Source: Octopus sinensis
Taxonomy: Eukaryota
Assembly: GCF_006345805.1 (NCBI RefSeq)
Contig: NC_043013.1
Coordinates: 43,152,001-43,216,000, forward strand
Direction of reading: 5' to 3'
DNA length: 64,000 bases
Shown here: one piece after another, positions 27,501 through 41,900 of the stretch
How the letters are laid out: every line of letters begins with the position of its first letter
How positions within the stretch are numbered: the stretch's first letter is position 1
The notes under the pieces: model-generated
Seen by the model: the letters and a program-made list of their open reading frames with translations, nothing else
The model's database searches: none
Told to the model about the DNA's origin: nothing
Position numbers and translations under genes: made by a program

Positions 27501-30500
27501 ATTTTGAATACGTTTAAGTAAAAAACTCAAAAAGAAAAATGCTTTATCTACCACCTTTTATGTCTTTATAAGTGTCTATAGTCAATCCTAAAAGAGGTTA
27601 TTCAACATTCTCCAGGTATTATACACCAATCTCTTGTCATTCTTTTTTTTATTTAATCCCCGAGCATTTACACTGTCCATATCTGGCCCAAATATGCTAC
27701 CTGTGCTATGCTCTACCCAGCCTATTGTACTTACTCTTCAGTGCCATTATAAAATATACAACCACAGTATCAAAATTTCGAAGCTATATATAATGCATGA
27801 TTAATTGAAAACAATATGAATGAAAAGGCACTACATTTGACTGAATAATCTGAATGCTAAAGGGTTAGATTATAATTTAATCAGTAGAGGAGGAGAAGTA
27901 TTCATGATCTTATTAGATTGGAGCAGTTGATGTCCAGTTTGAATGCTAACAGTATGAAAAGTATGGGCATGAAAAGAATTGAGAGCCAGTACCAAATGGT
28001 AGTAAATACATAGACCCTGGTTAACATCCTTTTGATACCAATCCTCTTGAGACTACTTCTGGTTCTATGAAATAAACTTCCTTTTTTTTTAACATTTTGA
28101 TACCTACCTGCCTGAAACTGCCCTTGGATTCTGTGAAACCTTCCATCAAAATTTCATCCACCCATCATCTTCTTCTCCCACTATTCTTGGGAGGGTTGTG
28201 AGGATAGAGTCCTTGAGCAACTCCTCCTTTGGGTCCTATCAAAAGCAACCGTTTTTACACTTTCTGGCTGGATTCCCAAGCATGGCCAGCTGAGTTGATA
28301 TTATCCAACAATCTCGTTATATTTTAAATACCATTTAAATAACGTCATTTTAATAAATTCTTCATTATTTTCAAAATTGAAACAAAGGCAGCGTACAGTA
28401 ATCTCTCAACTATCATGGGTGTTAAGTTCCAAAATCCTTCGCGATAGGTGAAAATCCATGAAGTAGAAACTGTACTGTACATTATAATTTGTATATATTT
28501 ATTTTATTATAAATGCAAAACAACATCACAGAGGAATTGGTGTAAGCTGAAATAATAAACGGCAATAGGTGAACCATGACAGGTGCACTGTGGTATGGCG
28601 AGGAATTACTGTTTTTCAACAGAGATATGGCAGCAAAAAGATTAAAGGGATCTAAGTTTAAGCCTCCCACCTAAGTTTCATGTTCCAAACACACACTTTA
28701 TAATGATAGTTATTTTATTAAATTCTTGTTTTCAAAATTAATTGAAAGAAAGGCTGTGTATTTCAACTGAAATAAGGTAACAAAAGAGTTAAAAGTGCAC
28801 AAATACCAGGTGTTGATGGCGTTAAACTAGGTGACAGGTCTAGTATATTGTCTGAGTGTAAGCAGTTTGTATTGATAGGGTTCCGGCCTTTCTGGTCAAA
28901 GAGTCGGTTGGTTTGTATTCCAACACTGGTGTTTTGCTGTCTGGCAAAAACAGTTAACTCTCAATGGATTGGATCCAGTCTAACAAGTGATACGTATAAC
29001 TAACGAGCATTTCATTAACTGTAAGCAGATGATGACATGTTTACTCTTGAGTCTCCTCCTTTTCATGGCTTGCAGATCTTTACTTTGATTTTGTAATTCA
29101 ACTCCAGTTTAACACTAAGTAAACCTTTGGTTGAAGGTGTTCCAGCCGTAACCATATTAAGCACTGCCTATCTAGGACTACATTTTCTAAGTTTCTAGAG
29201 TGTAATTAGAAAGGTATTTGGCTGCTATTTCTAGCAGATCGAATGATCTCACAGGGCTCTTTTGTTTACTTAATGACATTATTCTTGTTCAAACTATTAA
29301 ACTTACAAAAACACCTCAGTTTTGATGTTTCTATAAACAGACTATATACATACATGTTGCAAGGTGTGTATAACCCCCCCCCCCCAAAAAAAAATTCCTG
29401 TTAAAGACTTCATCCTATTCATACACTTCTCTGCACATCTGTGAAGACAAAGACTTCATTTTATCCGCTGCCTTATATTGTTCCAATGATCTGAACATTT
29501 TACTCTCCACCTCTTAACTGACCTCTACTTTCTCTTTCGTTGTACAGCTACCAAAGAAAGATGGCACTGCTGAATCCTTAGGTTTGTTGGTTTTTAATTG
29601 TTACAGTTTGGTTGAAATCTTGGTGGAGTCTTGGCCAGAGTTTGGTGGGGTGTTGGCCAGAGCTTGGTGAGGTACTGGTCGGGATAACCAGTGCAAAAGA
29701 TCAAATGTTTGTATCCCGGATGTATTGTTACAATTATTGTTTACTATAAGCTGATGCGCTGGCAGAATTGTTTGGCATCGACCAAAATGCCTTGTGACAA
29801 CTTGGGCATGTGTCTTCTACTATAAGTCCCAACCTAACCAAAGTCTTGTGAGTGGATTTGGTAGATGGAAACTGAAAGAAACCTTTTGTGTGTGTATATA
29901 TAGATATACATAAAGGAATCCAGGCAAAAAACTTAATAATCTCTCAGTACAGGTAGATACCCGTGGCTACCGAATTTATCCTTTGTTAGATGGAATCTAG
30001 GTAATCCAAACTTAACAAGCTGTCACCAGTCCAATTTATAAATCCTAGGTTTGGCCACCAATTAGTATGTTGATACTGAGTAATATATAAAAAATATGCA
30101 CACACACACACAAACATCACCTGGATCAGCCAGGCTGTTGTCGCTGAGTTGGATCTGCTGGCCACAGCTTTTGCTACATTCCCCTTGTGCTCTTGCCATT
30201 CTCCTCCATGTTGCTCCAAACATCTTTTCCACCTGATTGGCGGTCTTCCGAGTGGTCTCTTCTGCTCGCGCAGGTATCACTTGACAACGGCATAGGTACA
30301 CTGATTATCTGTGAACCTGCGACATGACCGGTCCGTCATAGCTTTGCGTGGTGGTATTCTGCGATGATGTCCTTCATTCCAGTTCTGCTTTTGATTTCAT
30401 TCTGGATGTGATCTCTTAGCGAAATTCCCAGCATTGACCTTTCCATGGCTCTCTGCGCCATAAGCAGATGTTGTTCTTCTCTCTTAGTCAAGGCCCAAGT

Positions 30501-33500
30501 CTCTCATGCACATAGCATTGCAGGCAAGACTGTTGAAGAGATTGGCACGAGTTGCCTTGTCTAGGTTTGCCTTCAGCACATCCTTCATTGAGTTGAACGC
30601 TCTCCATCCTGCTCTTACCCTTCACGAGATCTCATTCTCCATCTCATGCCTCATAGTCACTTCTTGACCAAGATATGCATAACTGCTCACCTCTTCTATT
30701 TCATCACTTAACACATATACACATGTATGTATATATGCGTGTGTAAGTGTGTGGATGCTTGACTCTCCTTGTATTGACATGTGAAAGTTGTAAATGAATG
30801 TCATTTTCCATTCAAGCTGTTGCATTCATTTCCAGTATTCTGTGAGAACACGTCTAGCCATGGGAAAGTATTGTCTTGCTTGGAAACAGGTGAGGGCTAG
30901 TGAAAAGGAAGGGCATCTAGCATAGAAAATCTGCCTTAAAAAGTTCCTCTCTGACTCATGCAAGCATGGAAAAGTGGATAGTAAATGATGATGACGAGGC
31001 AGACTTAGTGTTCTGAGTTCAAATTCTGCTGGGGTCAACTTTACTTCCTGGGCTTGATAAAATAAAGTTGCAGTTATATTCTAGGATCAGTGGTATCATG
31101 TTACCCCAGACCCTTCAAAACTGTAGACCTTGTGCTGAAATTGTAAACCACAGTTGCTAACTAGTCATTGTTAATTAGTCCCGCTTGAGCTTCCCTGTAA
31201 TCAAAAGTATTCCACCCAGTATCATGTTGTCCTTTTAAGAATATTTTGGTCTGCATTATTCAATGTGTCCTCTTTTTTTTTTCAAGGTGGTAGAGTATGA
31301 TTTGATCGAGAAATGGCTGCTATTTCTAGCAGGTTGAGTAACTACATACAGGTTGTGTGTGTGTGTTGGGGTTTTCTTACCCTCTCTCTTACTTTCTCCT
31401 GTTCTTATCTGATCTCCCATCTCTTTTGCTACAGCTGCTTATTTTGTACCACCACCAACACATTACTACCACTTGTTTCACACTACCATCAACACACTTC
31501 TACCATTACTATCCAATAATACATCACCACCACTACACTTGCATCCTCATCATACCACCACAGCCACTACTACAACCAATACACTATCATTCACCACCAA
31601 CCTTCTACTAACACATTTCAACCACAAATAAACTAATACCAACTAACACTTTACTACCACCAACACGCTACCACCACCACCACCACCACCACCACTATTT
31701 TTACCTGTACAGGACCACCCACAACTACTCTACTATTACTACCACCACCAACACTCCACTACTGTCAATATACAACTATCACCTACACACTACCATCCAC
31801 CAGTATTCTACCACCTGCATTACTACAACCAATACACTACTATTCATCACAAACACCCTACCACCGCCACCGCCACACACTATTACCTACCATTGCATTG
31901 AAAATTATTAACCAGGGCTTTCCATTCTTGAATAACAGCAGTGAAATCAGAAGAGAACGAGTCAATAATTGTACTTGATGATGATATCCCTAACGACCTG
32001 GATGCTGATTTAACTGCAAGCGGAAAGAAAATTAAACAGCTGGCCGGTGGCAAAAAGGGCATTACTACGAATACCACTGAAGGTGCCACCCCTGCTAAAA
32101 TCCAGAAAACTGAGCAGAAGAGAGACAGTAAAGAAGGAAAGACCAAAAGGTATTGTTTATTTATATATATATATATATATACATACATGTTGGGTTTTGT
32201 GGTTGGTTACTGCAACTCCCCATGTTCCCTTACTCACTATTTCAATATATCCTCCTCCTCCTTACTTACTTACTTGTGGCGACATTCACCCTGGGCGGGT
32301 TGAGTCGGCTTCTTCTACCACCCTCGAGGCATCTTGTAGAAGTTGGAAGAAGTTTCGTGGGAATAAGTAGATTTCACAAGCGGTCTCCAACAATCCTGCA
32401 TGTAGAGACATCCTGTTTGCCGCAGATTGTCCGCAGACGCAGGGACAGAACGACCGAGGAGCCGCCGGTTGCCAAAACAGACACTCCGAGGGTTTTCACC
32501 AGAGCCCTGTCTGCCGGGTTGTGGCCCTAATACCACTCGGTGTCAGACCAATCCGCCTTGGGTGGCCCTATCAGGAACCGAAGTTCCTGACGGCATAGCT
32601 CTGACACTACCTGTTGCCAGTGTGCCCACCACAGTGAGGAGGGGATGAACTTGGCTTCTTTTTTGTCCTTTTTTTTCTTTTTCCTCCTCCTCCTCTTTTT
32701 TCCTTGTTCTTGTTCTTTTTGTAGAGTACCTGCTTTAATTGTCTTGTAGTATCTGTTCCAGTTCTGTGTGTTCTCCATTCAAATCCTGTTTTGCTTTTCA
32801 TGATTTGTGGGTTGTGGCTGTGTGGTAAGAAGCTTGCTTCCCAACCACATGGTTCTGGGTTCAGTCCTACTACTTGCCACCTTGGCCAAGTGTCTTCTAC
32901 TGTAGCCTCGGGCTGACCAAAGCCTTGTCAGTGGATTGGGTAGACAGAAACTGAAAGAAGCCTGTTGTATTGGCTCCTGTGCAGGTGGCACGTAAAGAAC
33001 ACCATTTGAGTGTAGCCGTTGCCAGTACCGCCAGACTGGCCCTTGTGCCGGTGGCATGTAAAAGCACCCACTACACTCTCGGAGTGGTTGGCGTTAGGAA
33101 GGGCATCCAGCTGTAGAAACTCTGCCAGATCAGCCATCTGGTTCGCCAGTCCTCAGTTAAATCGTCCAACCCATGCTTGCATGGAAAGTGGACGTTAAAT
33201 GATGATGATGATATTTATATATATGTATATATTTGTGTGTGTGTGTGTGTTTGTCCCTCCACCAGCACTTGTAGCAGTTCGGCACAATGTAGCAGTTCGG
33301 CACAACAGACCGATAGAATAAGTATCAGGCTTACAAAGAATAAGTCTTGGGGTCGATTTGTTTGACTAAAGGTGGTGCTCCAGCATGGTCGCAGTCAAAT
33401 GACTAAAACAAGTAAAAGAAAAGAATAAAAGAATATCTCTTTAACATTTAAACCGGCCCAAGTATTCTATCTGCTGCTTTATGTTCAAACCATCCAGATC

Positions 33501-35875
33501 TTACCTCTCACACCTGCCCTACAATGTTGTTCTAAAAATAAGAGATCACATGATAAAAACCTCAAAGCTATGAGATAATGTATGAATAATTTCAAAACAA
33601 TGTGAATAGAAAAAAACATTCCAAGCTGTGCTTACCTTGGATTGTAGGGCGACCTGCTGTGCTTGAGGAGACCTATTGAGTCAAGTACATCAACATCAAA
33701 AATCAAAATCAAATGGAAATTGTATTTGTGATACCTGTGCTGGTGGCACGTAAAAATCACCATCCGAATGTGGTGGTGGTGATGATGATGATGAAGAAGA
33801 AGTGAGCTGACAGGATCTTAGTGGCATTTCTTCCCTCTTTACATTCTGAATTCAATTGTTGTGGATGTTGATTTTGTCTCTCATCCTTTCAGGGTTGATA
33901 AAATATAAACGAGTCAAGCACCTGAGTTCAGGTTATCGACTAGCCCCCTCCCCCAGAATTTCAAGCCTTGTGCCTATAGTAAAAAAGATTATGCTGAGTT
34001 GACAAAAGTCCTGAAAATGACAACAGGTTAAATATCTTACGGAATTTACTTAATCTCTCAGTTTTTAATAGAATCTAGAATTGATAAGGTATTCTAATAA
34101 CATGTATTTAGTTCATATGGTTCAATTAATCCAGAATAAATATATTCCAGTAACATGTATTTGGTTCCTATGGTTCAATGACAATTGGCATTGTTCTGCT
34201 TCAAAACAAAAGTAGTTTATTGTAGGAATGTAGGTATGAAAGCTATGTAAGGATTAAGATTATGTCAGGATTTTAATTAGAAGTGGTTAAACAGTTCTGT
34301 CACCACAACATGCTTCAAAAGTTACCAGATTTACATTTTCTTTTCGCTTCAAGTTATATGCTGGTGGTGAGTTGCTAGCAGTTCAAACACATTTTGGTTA
34401 TATATATATATATATATATATATATTGGGTCATCCCATAAATAATGCAGTTTGTTTATACTTCTTTTATTTTTAAAAATCAATATAAACAAAGTTCTTTT
34501 TTAATCCAAAATATACTCTCCTTCATTTTCTACAATGCTCTTCCATCTATCTGGTAGACTTGCAAGGCCCCTCTTCCAGAATTCACTTGCCCGTAATGGA
34601 AAATACTCCTCCAGTACTGTTCTGACCTCAACTACAAAATTCATGTTTTTTCTGTTCAAATGATTTTGAAGAGTGTGGAATAAATGATAATCGGATGTGC
34701 AATGTCCAATGAATATGGTGGGTGGGGTATCATTTCCTATTCAAGCTGCTCCAGCCTCTGGAATCCTATCCTTGCTGTATGTGGCTGAGCACTATCCTGA
34801 AGGAAGGGCATCTTTCATCTTGAAACCAAAGATGGTCGTTTTTCTTCTAGTGCTGACTTTAGCTACTCAAGCTGCTTGCTGTAGATCTCCTTTGTTATCT
34901 TTTGGTTTAAGTTTAAAAGTTCAAAATAGACTAAACCTTTCATATCCAACAACACCTTATATGGGTGAAGACCTTCTTTAGCTTGGGGTGCTGGTGTTTC
35001 TCCTTTTCCTACCCACTGTCTTTGGCACTTGACATTTTTATAGAGAACTCATTTCTCATCACCAGTCACTATTCGGTTCATTCGTGAGACATAACAGCAA
35101 AGGAGAACACACATTCACTCTCTGCACAAGATTAGACTTGGAAAGTTTGTGAGGAACCCATTGATCCAATTTGTTGAGTTTTCCGATGGCACACAGGTGT
35201 CAGTCAATGGTTGAATGACCAAATCCAAGCTTCTCTGCTAGTTCCTCAGTAGTTACAATGGGATTTTGTTCCACCAGGGGTTACAGGACATCCTCATTGA
35301 GCTCTGCAGATTTTCCAGGACGATGTTCGTCTTGTAGGTTGTAGTTTCAGGCTCAGAATTTCTGGAACCACCATTGACACTGGTTTGCACTTATTATCTG
35401 ATCCCCATATACTGCATTAATATTCCTCACACTTTCTGTTGTGTTGTTGCCTTTGTTGAACTCATAAAACAAAATATGCCAAATATGCTCCTTTGTCATT
35501 TCCATTATAGCTTTGAAAAAATAACTGTCAAAATCGATCTGCCTTTTTAAAACTTGCACTAACAATAAGTACAACTGCTTTCATAGCGAGTTGATGCAGG
35601 TAGTTTATCCCGTGTCCCTCAGAGTTTTAGTTCATGCATTTGAAAAAACCACATTATTTATGGGATGACCCAATATATATATATATAATATATATATATA
35701 TATGTCATCATTGTTTTAATGTCCATTTTTTCCTTGTTCAAACTGATTGGAGAGAATTTGTTAGGGCAGATTTTCTACAGTTAGATGCCTTTCCTTTCAC
35801 CAATCCCCACTTGTTTCAAAGCAAAGTAAAATTTCCTCACGATCAGAATTGGTTTGGTTTCCATGGTACTTCATA

Positions 35876-35918
<43 letters not shown>

Positions 35919-38900
35919 TACATACATACATACACACGAAAGGGTGCTGAAAAGATTCTGGCTTTAAACAAAAGAAAATACAGGAGGATCAGTTAATTAT
36001 GATTTTATTCAACATATTCCTCTCTCAGATTCAAACACTTATTGCGGTGGTCCTTTAGTTTTTCTGGGCCCTGTAAACGAAATCAGAAGGTTGGGCCTCC
36101 AACTAGGCTTTTCACAATACCCTTAAAGCCAGAAACTGTGTGTAGGTGTATAAGTTAATATTTAAGTATAAGTTAATATGTAAGTTAATATGTAAGTTAA
36201 TATTTAAGTGTTGGGTTTGTTCCTAGTAGTATGCCAATAAAGCACATTCACTGCCTATGGCTACCTGGTGTCATCCATGATAATTGCACAGTTTTTATTG
36301 GATTACATCTCCTGATGAGACACTTCTACAATGAGAGATGCACCACAACTAGTTGTATAGTTTCCTACCTGCGAGGTTATCGATGCAGAATGTGTTAAAG
36401 TGGTCATTGTGAACAATAAAATTTCTTGTGTATTCCATTTTCTATCTCTGTCGTCTGTTATATATGTATGTATGTGTGTGTTTGTCCCCCATCTCTGCTT
36501 GACAACTGCTTTTGGTTTATCTTTTATCTTGTATTTGTTTCAGTCATTAGACTGTGGCCATGCTGGAGCACCACCTTGAAGACTTTTTAGTCAAATGAAT
36601 CGACCCCTAGTATTTTCATTTTTTAAAACCTGGTACCCTACCAGTGTATTTTGCTGAGCTGCTAAATTACAGGGCTGTAAACACAACACCACCAGTTGTC
36701 AAGCCATGGTGGAGGACAAACACAGACACACACACATATATGTATATACAACTGGCTTCTTCAGTTTCCGTCTACCAAATCCACTCACAAGGCTGTGGTC
36801 AGCCCAACGCTATAATAGAAGACACTTGCTCAAGTATAACTGAACCCAGGACCATGTGGTTGGGAAGCAAGCTTCTTATCACACAGCCATACCTACGTCT
36901 CTATGATTTAGCAGTCACAAAAGAAATTGATAGAATAAGCATTGGGGGTTGATTTGATGAGCTAAAACCCTTCAAGGTGGTGCCCCTGCGTGATTGCAGT
37001 CCAGTGGCTGAAATGAATGATAAAAGTTGATATATAATTGTTGTTATGAAGATTATAATAATATTAATGAATGGTGATGTCATGGAGTAAAATTTTTATT
37101 TTTCAGTCCTGCCAATTCAGATGACAAGAAAACAAAAGGACGTAAGAATCTCTTTTATGATAATATATTTTTGGTGTTATTATCCTTGCCTTCCTGAGCT
37201 AGTTTTCCACCACATTTCTTAAAAATTGTGGTAGAGGCCTTGGTCTCAGGACCACTCATGTCTAGAAACTGAGGTTGTGGGTAAGTAAGAGAATGCTCCC
37301 TGTAGAAAATCCAGCTCCAAAAAAGCCTCATGATAGCAAAGGAGAATGGGCACCAGCCAGCCTAATGGTTGGGGTGGACTGCACCTGCCTACCTTGGTTG
37401 CTATGGCATTGAGGTAGATCTGGCCACCCCTGTTAACAGGGAGAAAACTTGGATTTAAAACACTGGATGATGATGATGATGATGTGTTGTTAGTTTACTT
37501 CTGAAAATAAATTCTCATGTAATCAAGCCTGCATCATCTGGGTTTTGGAACCAAACTGCCTGAGACTGCCTCTGGTTCCCTGCTACAAAACTTTCTGTAT
37601 TAAAGTGAATTAATCCTTTGGCATTTAAACTGACCATATCCAGCCCCAATTTTCTACTTGTTTTGTGTTCAAACTGGCCAAATTTGGCTTCTCACACCTG
37701 CTCTACAATGTCATTCTAAAAATAAACAATCACATCATCATAATCTTGAAGCTTTGAGATAACGCTTGATTAATTCAAAATAATGTGAATGAATAAGCAA
37801 ATGTTGCATTTGACCGAATGGCCTGAATGCTAAAAGGTTAAATTAAAACCTACCATCAAAATTTCATGAATCTTTATGTTCCAGCTTAATAATGAATGAA
37901 TTAACAACAAAGTTATTTTACTAAATCCTTTGTTATTTTCGAAAATGAAGGGAGTAAATTTCAGCAAACAACAAAACTGTTAAATTTTTTTGTATCATAT
38001 TTCTAAAGCATTTTTTCTTTCTTTTTTTTTTTTTTTCTAGAGGAATCTGTAAACGTGGCTGAAAAGAAGGTCAGTGTAGATAATTTGAAAATTTTTGTGT
38101 TTTTATCCTGCATTTTTTTCTGATTCAGTAATTTACTTGCCACTCGTTATAACGTTGGTGGATTGACAAATTGTTTTTTTCTGACAGCTGGATGTCTTTA
38201 CTGCTCACTTGTGACACGTGTGAGGTTTTTTTTTTTTGCTCTTTAGCTCTAGATCAAACTTGATTAAGCAGACTTGCGACCAGTGACATTCCATCCATGG
38301 CCATCCTTATCTTTTTGGGAGTATCCAGAAGTATCTGTTTTTTATGTCCTTTCCTTATTTTAGATTGGAGGAAGATTTGGATACCACTTCTATTTGGTTG
38401 ATTGACCACATAGAGACTTCCTTGTCAGCTCATATGTTGGTTCAAGGCATCAGTATATTTGAAGAGGTAGTGGTGGTGGTGGTGGAAGTAGTAGTAGAGC
38501 TAGAAATCAGGAGATGACTGTTACCTGCAGTCAACCTACTCTAATTTCACAGCCATTAGATTCTTACATTGCTTTAAATTGTCGTTGTTGTTGTTGGTAG
38601 TGGTGGTGGGGGTAGTAGAGTGCTGGAATAAATGCCTTGCAGTATTTGGTTATCCTCTTTTACCGTCAGAGTTCAAATCCAGCCAGAGTCAGTTTATTAC
38701 TCATTTTTTTTTCTAAATTAAAAAAAAAGTTTTTTAGTTGATTAAATAATTATCAGTAAAGCATTGGGTTGATTTAAATGACTGTTTTTTCCTCTAAATT
38801 TGTAACCTTGTGACAAGTAAAAATTATCACTATAATAATAATAATATTGCTAATACGATAGTAACATTATTATTGTTGTGATGATGATGATGGTTTCAAA

Positions 38901-41900
38901 TTTTGACACAAGGCCAGTAATTTCAGGGGATGGGATAAGTTGATTACATTGACCCTAGTACTCAACTGGTGCTTATTTTATCGACCTCAAAAGGATGAAA
39001 GGCAAAGTTGACCTTGGTGGAATTTGAACTCAGGACCTAGAGATGGATGAAATGCTGCTAAGCATTTTGCCCAGCACAGTAACAATTCTACCAGCTCACT
39101 GCCTTAATAATAATAATAATAAGTTTCAAATTTTGGCACAAGGCCAGCAAATTCGAGCAAGGGGTTTAGTTGATTATATCAACCCCAGTGCTCAGTTGAT
39201 ACTTATTTTTTTGACCCCCGAAAGGATGAAAAGCAAAACTGACCTTGGCAGAGTAGTAGTAGTAGTTGTAGTTTCTAATTTAGGTGCAAGGCCAGCTGTT
39301 TTTAAGAGGAGGGGTTTTGATAGTGCCATCAACCCCAGTACTTGACTGGTACTTTATTTTACCGACTCTGGAGGAATAAAATGCAATGTTTACCTTGCTC
39401 AGATTTGAACTCAGGAGGCGAAGAACCAGAGCAAATACTATAAGGCATTTTTTTGTTTACTCTGATACTTTAATGATTCTGTTTTAACACTCATAATAAT
39501 TCTTTGTGCTATAGGTACAAAGTATCAAATTTTGGGGGTAGAGAACTAGTTGATTACTAGTGCTTAACTCATATTTATCTTATTGGCCCTGATGGAACGA
39601 GAAGCAAAGTTGATCTCAGTGGCATTTGAACTTAGAACATAAAGAAGAAGTTTCGTGGGAATATGTAGAGACATCCTGTTTGCCGCAGATTGTCCGCAGT
39701 CGCAGGGACAGAACGACCGAGGAGCCGCCGGTTGCCAAAACAGACACTCCGAGGATTTTCACCAGAGCCCCATCTGCCGGGTTGTGACCCTAGTACCACT
39801 CGGTGTCAGACCAATCCTCCTTAGGTGGCCCTACCACGAACCGAAGTTCCCGACGGCATAGCTCTGACACTACCCGGTAGAAGAAGCCGACTCAACCCGC
39901 CCAGGGTGAATGTCGCCACAAGTACAAGTAGTAAGTTAGAACATAAAGAGCCTGAAGAAATGTTTGCATAGTATTTTATTTGACACACCGAAGATTCTGT
40001 TAGCTCACTGCCTTCAATAACAACAACAGCAACAATAATATTTCCTTTTCTTGACTGCAAGGGCCATGGACGAGGGCATATTGCAAGGACAAATTACAAA
40101 GCCAGTAGGATATTTACAGAATTGATTATAGAGGAGACAAAGAAACAAGTATTGGAAACAAAATGATACAATTATAGGCACTGTCATCTCCACACTCCAT
40201 CTCTTTACATGCATGTGTTGAGTAGTGCTCTTAATGCGTACAATTGTTTGTATATTATTTAGGAAGAGTTGAACGCTGGAGACAAAGTGGAGTCAGGGAT
40301 CAAGGCTGAGAGTAAAGATCAAACCGTAGACACCAATAATTCTTCTTCAGTGACCAGTGACTCTGCAGGACAGATGGAAAGCAAGCTTGAAGATGCTGGT
40401 TCTAAAGAGGCCAGCAATGGTTCTTCTTCAGATCAGGTGTCAGAAAAGCCAGAAAACAAAAATAATAATAACTTAAACCAAAGTACTTCAGAGCCAGATG
40501 CAGCGTCTAACGCTTCGAAAGTCATTAACAAGTCTTCGCTGCTGAAAACAGCTGCAAAATCTGAAGAGAACGAGTCGTTAATTGTACTCGTTGATGACAT
40601 CCACAATGACCTGGATGCTGATTTAGCGACAAATGAAAAGAAAAGTGAGCAAGCAAATGGCAAAACGTCCACCACTGTCAGCACTACTGAAGCTGATGCT
40701 GGTGCTAAAAGCCAGAAAGACCAAAAGACGGATAAGAAGGTTGAACAGAAGAAAGATAATAAAGATGTCAAGACCAAAAGGTGAAGTTTATTATTGGATT
40801 CTTTACATATTTTTGTCCTCTTTTTCCAGGAGCTCTGCTCCCTTCTCTTAATAACTCTGTCCTCTTTCTCTAATAGTCCCGTCCCTTTTCCTAGCGTGGA
40901 TGTGTAGTTGAGAAGCAAATTTCTGAACCGCATGGCTACAAGGTTCAGTCCTACTGCAAGGTATCTTATGCAAGTGTCTTCTGTTATAGCCCCAGCCTGA
41001 CTAAAGCCTTGTGAGTGGATTTGATAGACAGAAACTGAAAGAAGCCCATTGTATATATATAATATGATATAATATAATATAATATAACATAATATAATAT
41101 AGTATAGTACAGTACAGTACCGCACCGCACAATATAAAAGTTAAATAGATACCATTACCATTATTAATAATAAGAAGTGTACTATGTACACACTCACATG
41201 TACGTATGTGTGTGTTTATATTCTTGTTTTGTCATCATGTGATGATTGCAAATGAGCATCATCATACAAGCAGTGTTGTTTGTCTCCAGTCTTCCACGAA
41301 AAACATGTCTGCCCATTGAGAAATATTATCTTGCCTGGAAACTGATGAGGGTTGATGACATGAAAGGTACTCAGCTGTAGAAGAAAATCTTCCTCAATAA
41401 ATTCCATCTGGCCCATGCGGGCATGGAGAAGTGAACCTTAAATGATGATGATGTCACATGTAGCAATATCCTAACCATGTTGTATTGTCTGTAATTCATA
41501 CATCACATGTAAATATTCTAACTGTTTTACTGCTTGTGATATGTCACATGTAATAATTTTATGTTGGATATATTGCCTGGATTTGTCAATATTCTAATGT
41601 GATATTTCTGTTTTTTTTTTTTTTCCAGTTCTGAAGACACATCTAAAACAAAGAAGGGTAAACCACCAAGTAAGAATCTTTTGTTCTCTTACCATATACA
41701 TTGTTATAATCTTTTAGGTCCAAATCTTAGGTGCAGGAGTGGCTGTGTGGTAAGTAGCTTGTTTACCAACTACATGGTTCTGGGTTCAGTCCCACTGCAT
41801 GGCACCTCGAGCCAACCAGAGCCTTGTGAGTGGATTTAGTAGACGGAAACTGAAAGAAGCCTGTCGTATGTATGTGTTTGTATTTGTGCCCCCAGCATCG

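Noticed and set aside
36300-36430. CTGATGAG followed by AATAAA as a second hammerhead
   Set aside because: No stem II or GAAA is correctly placed; at most it is a decayed Penelope-like end.
40433-41125. 230-aa minus-strand ORF
   Set aside because: It is the antisense shadow of exon 9 plus a SINE.
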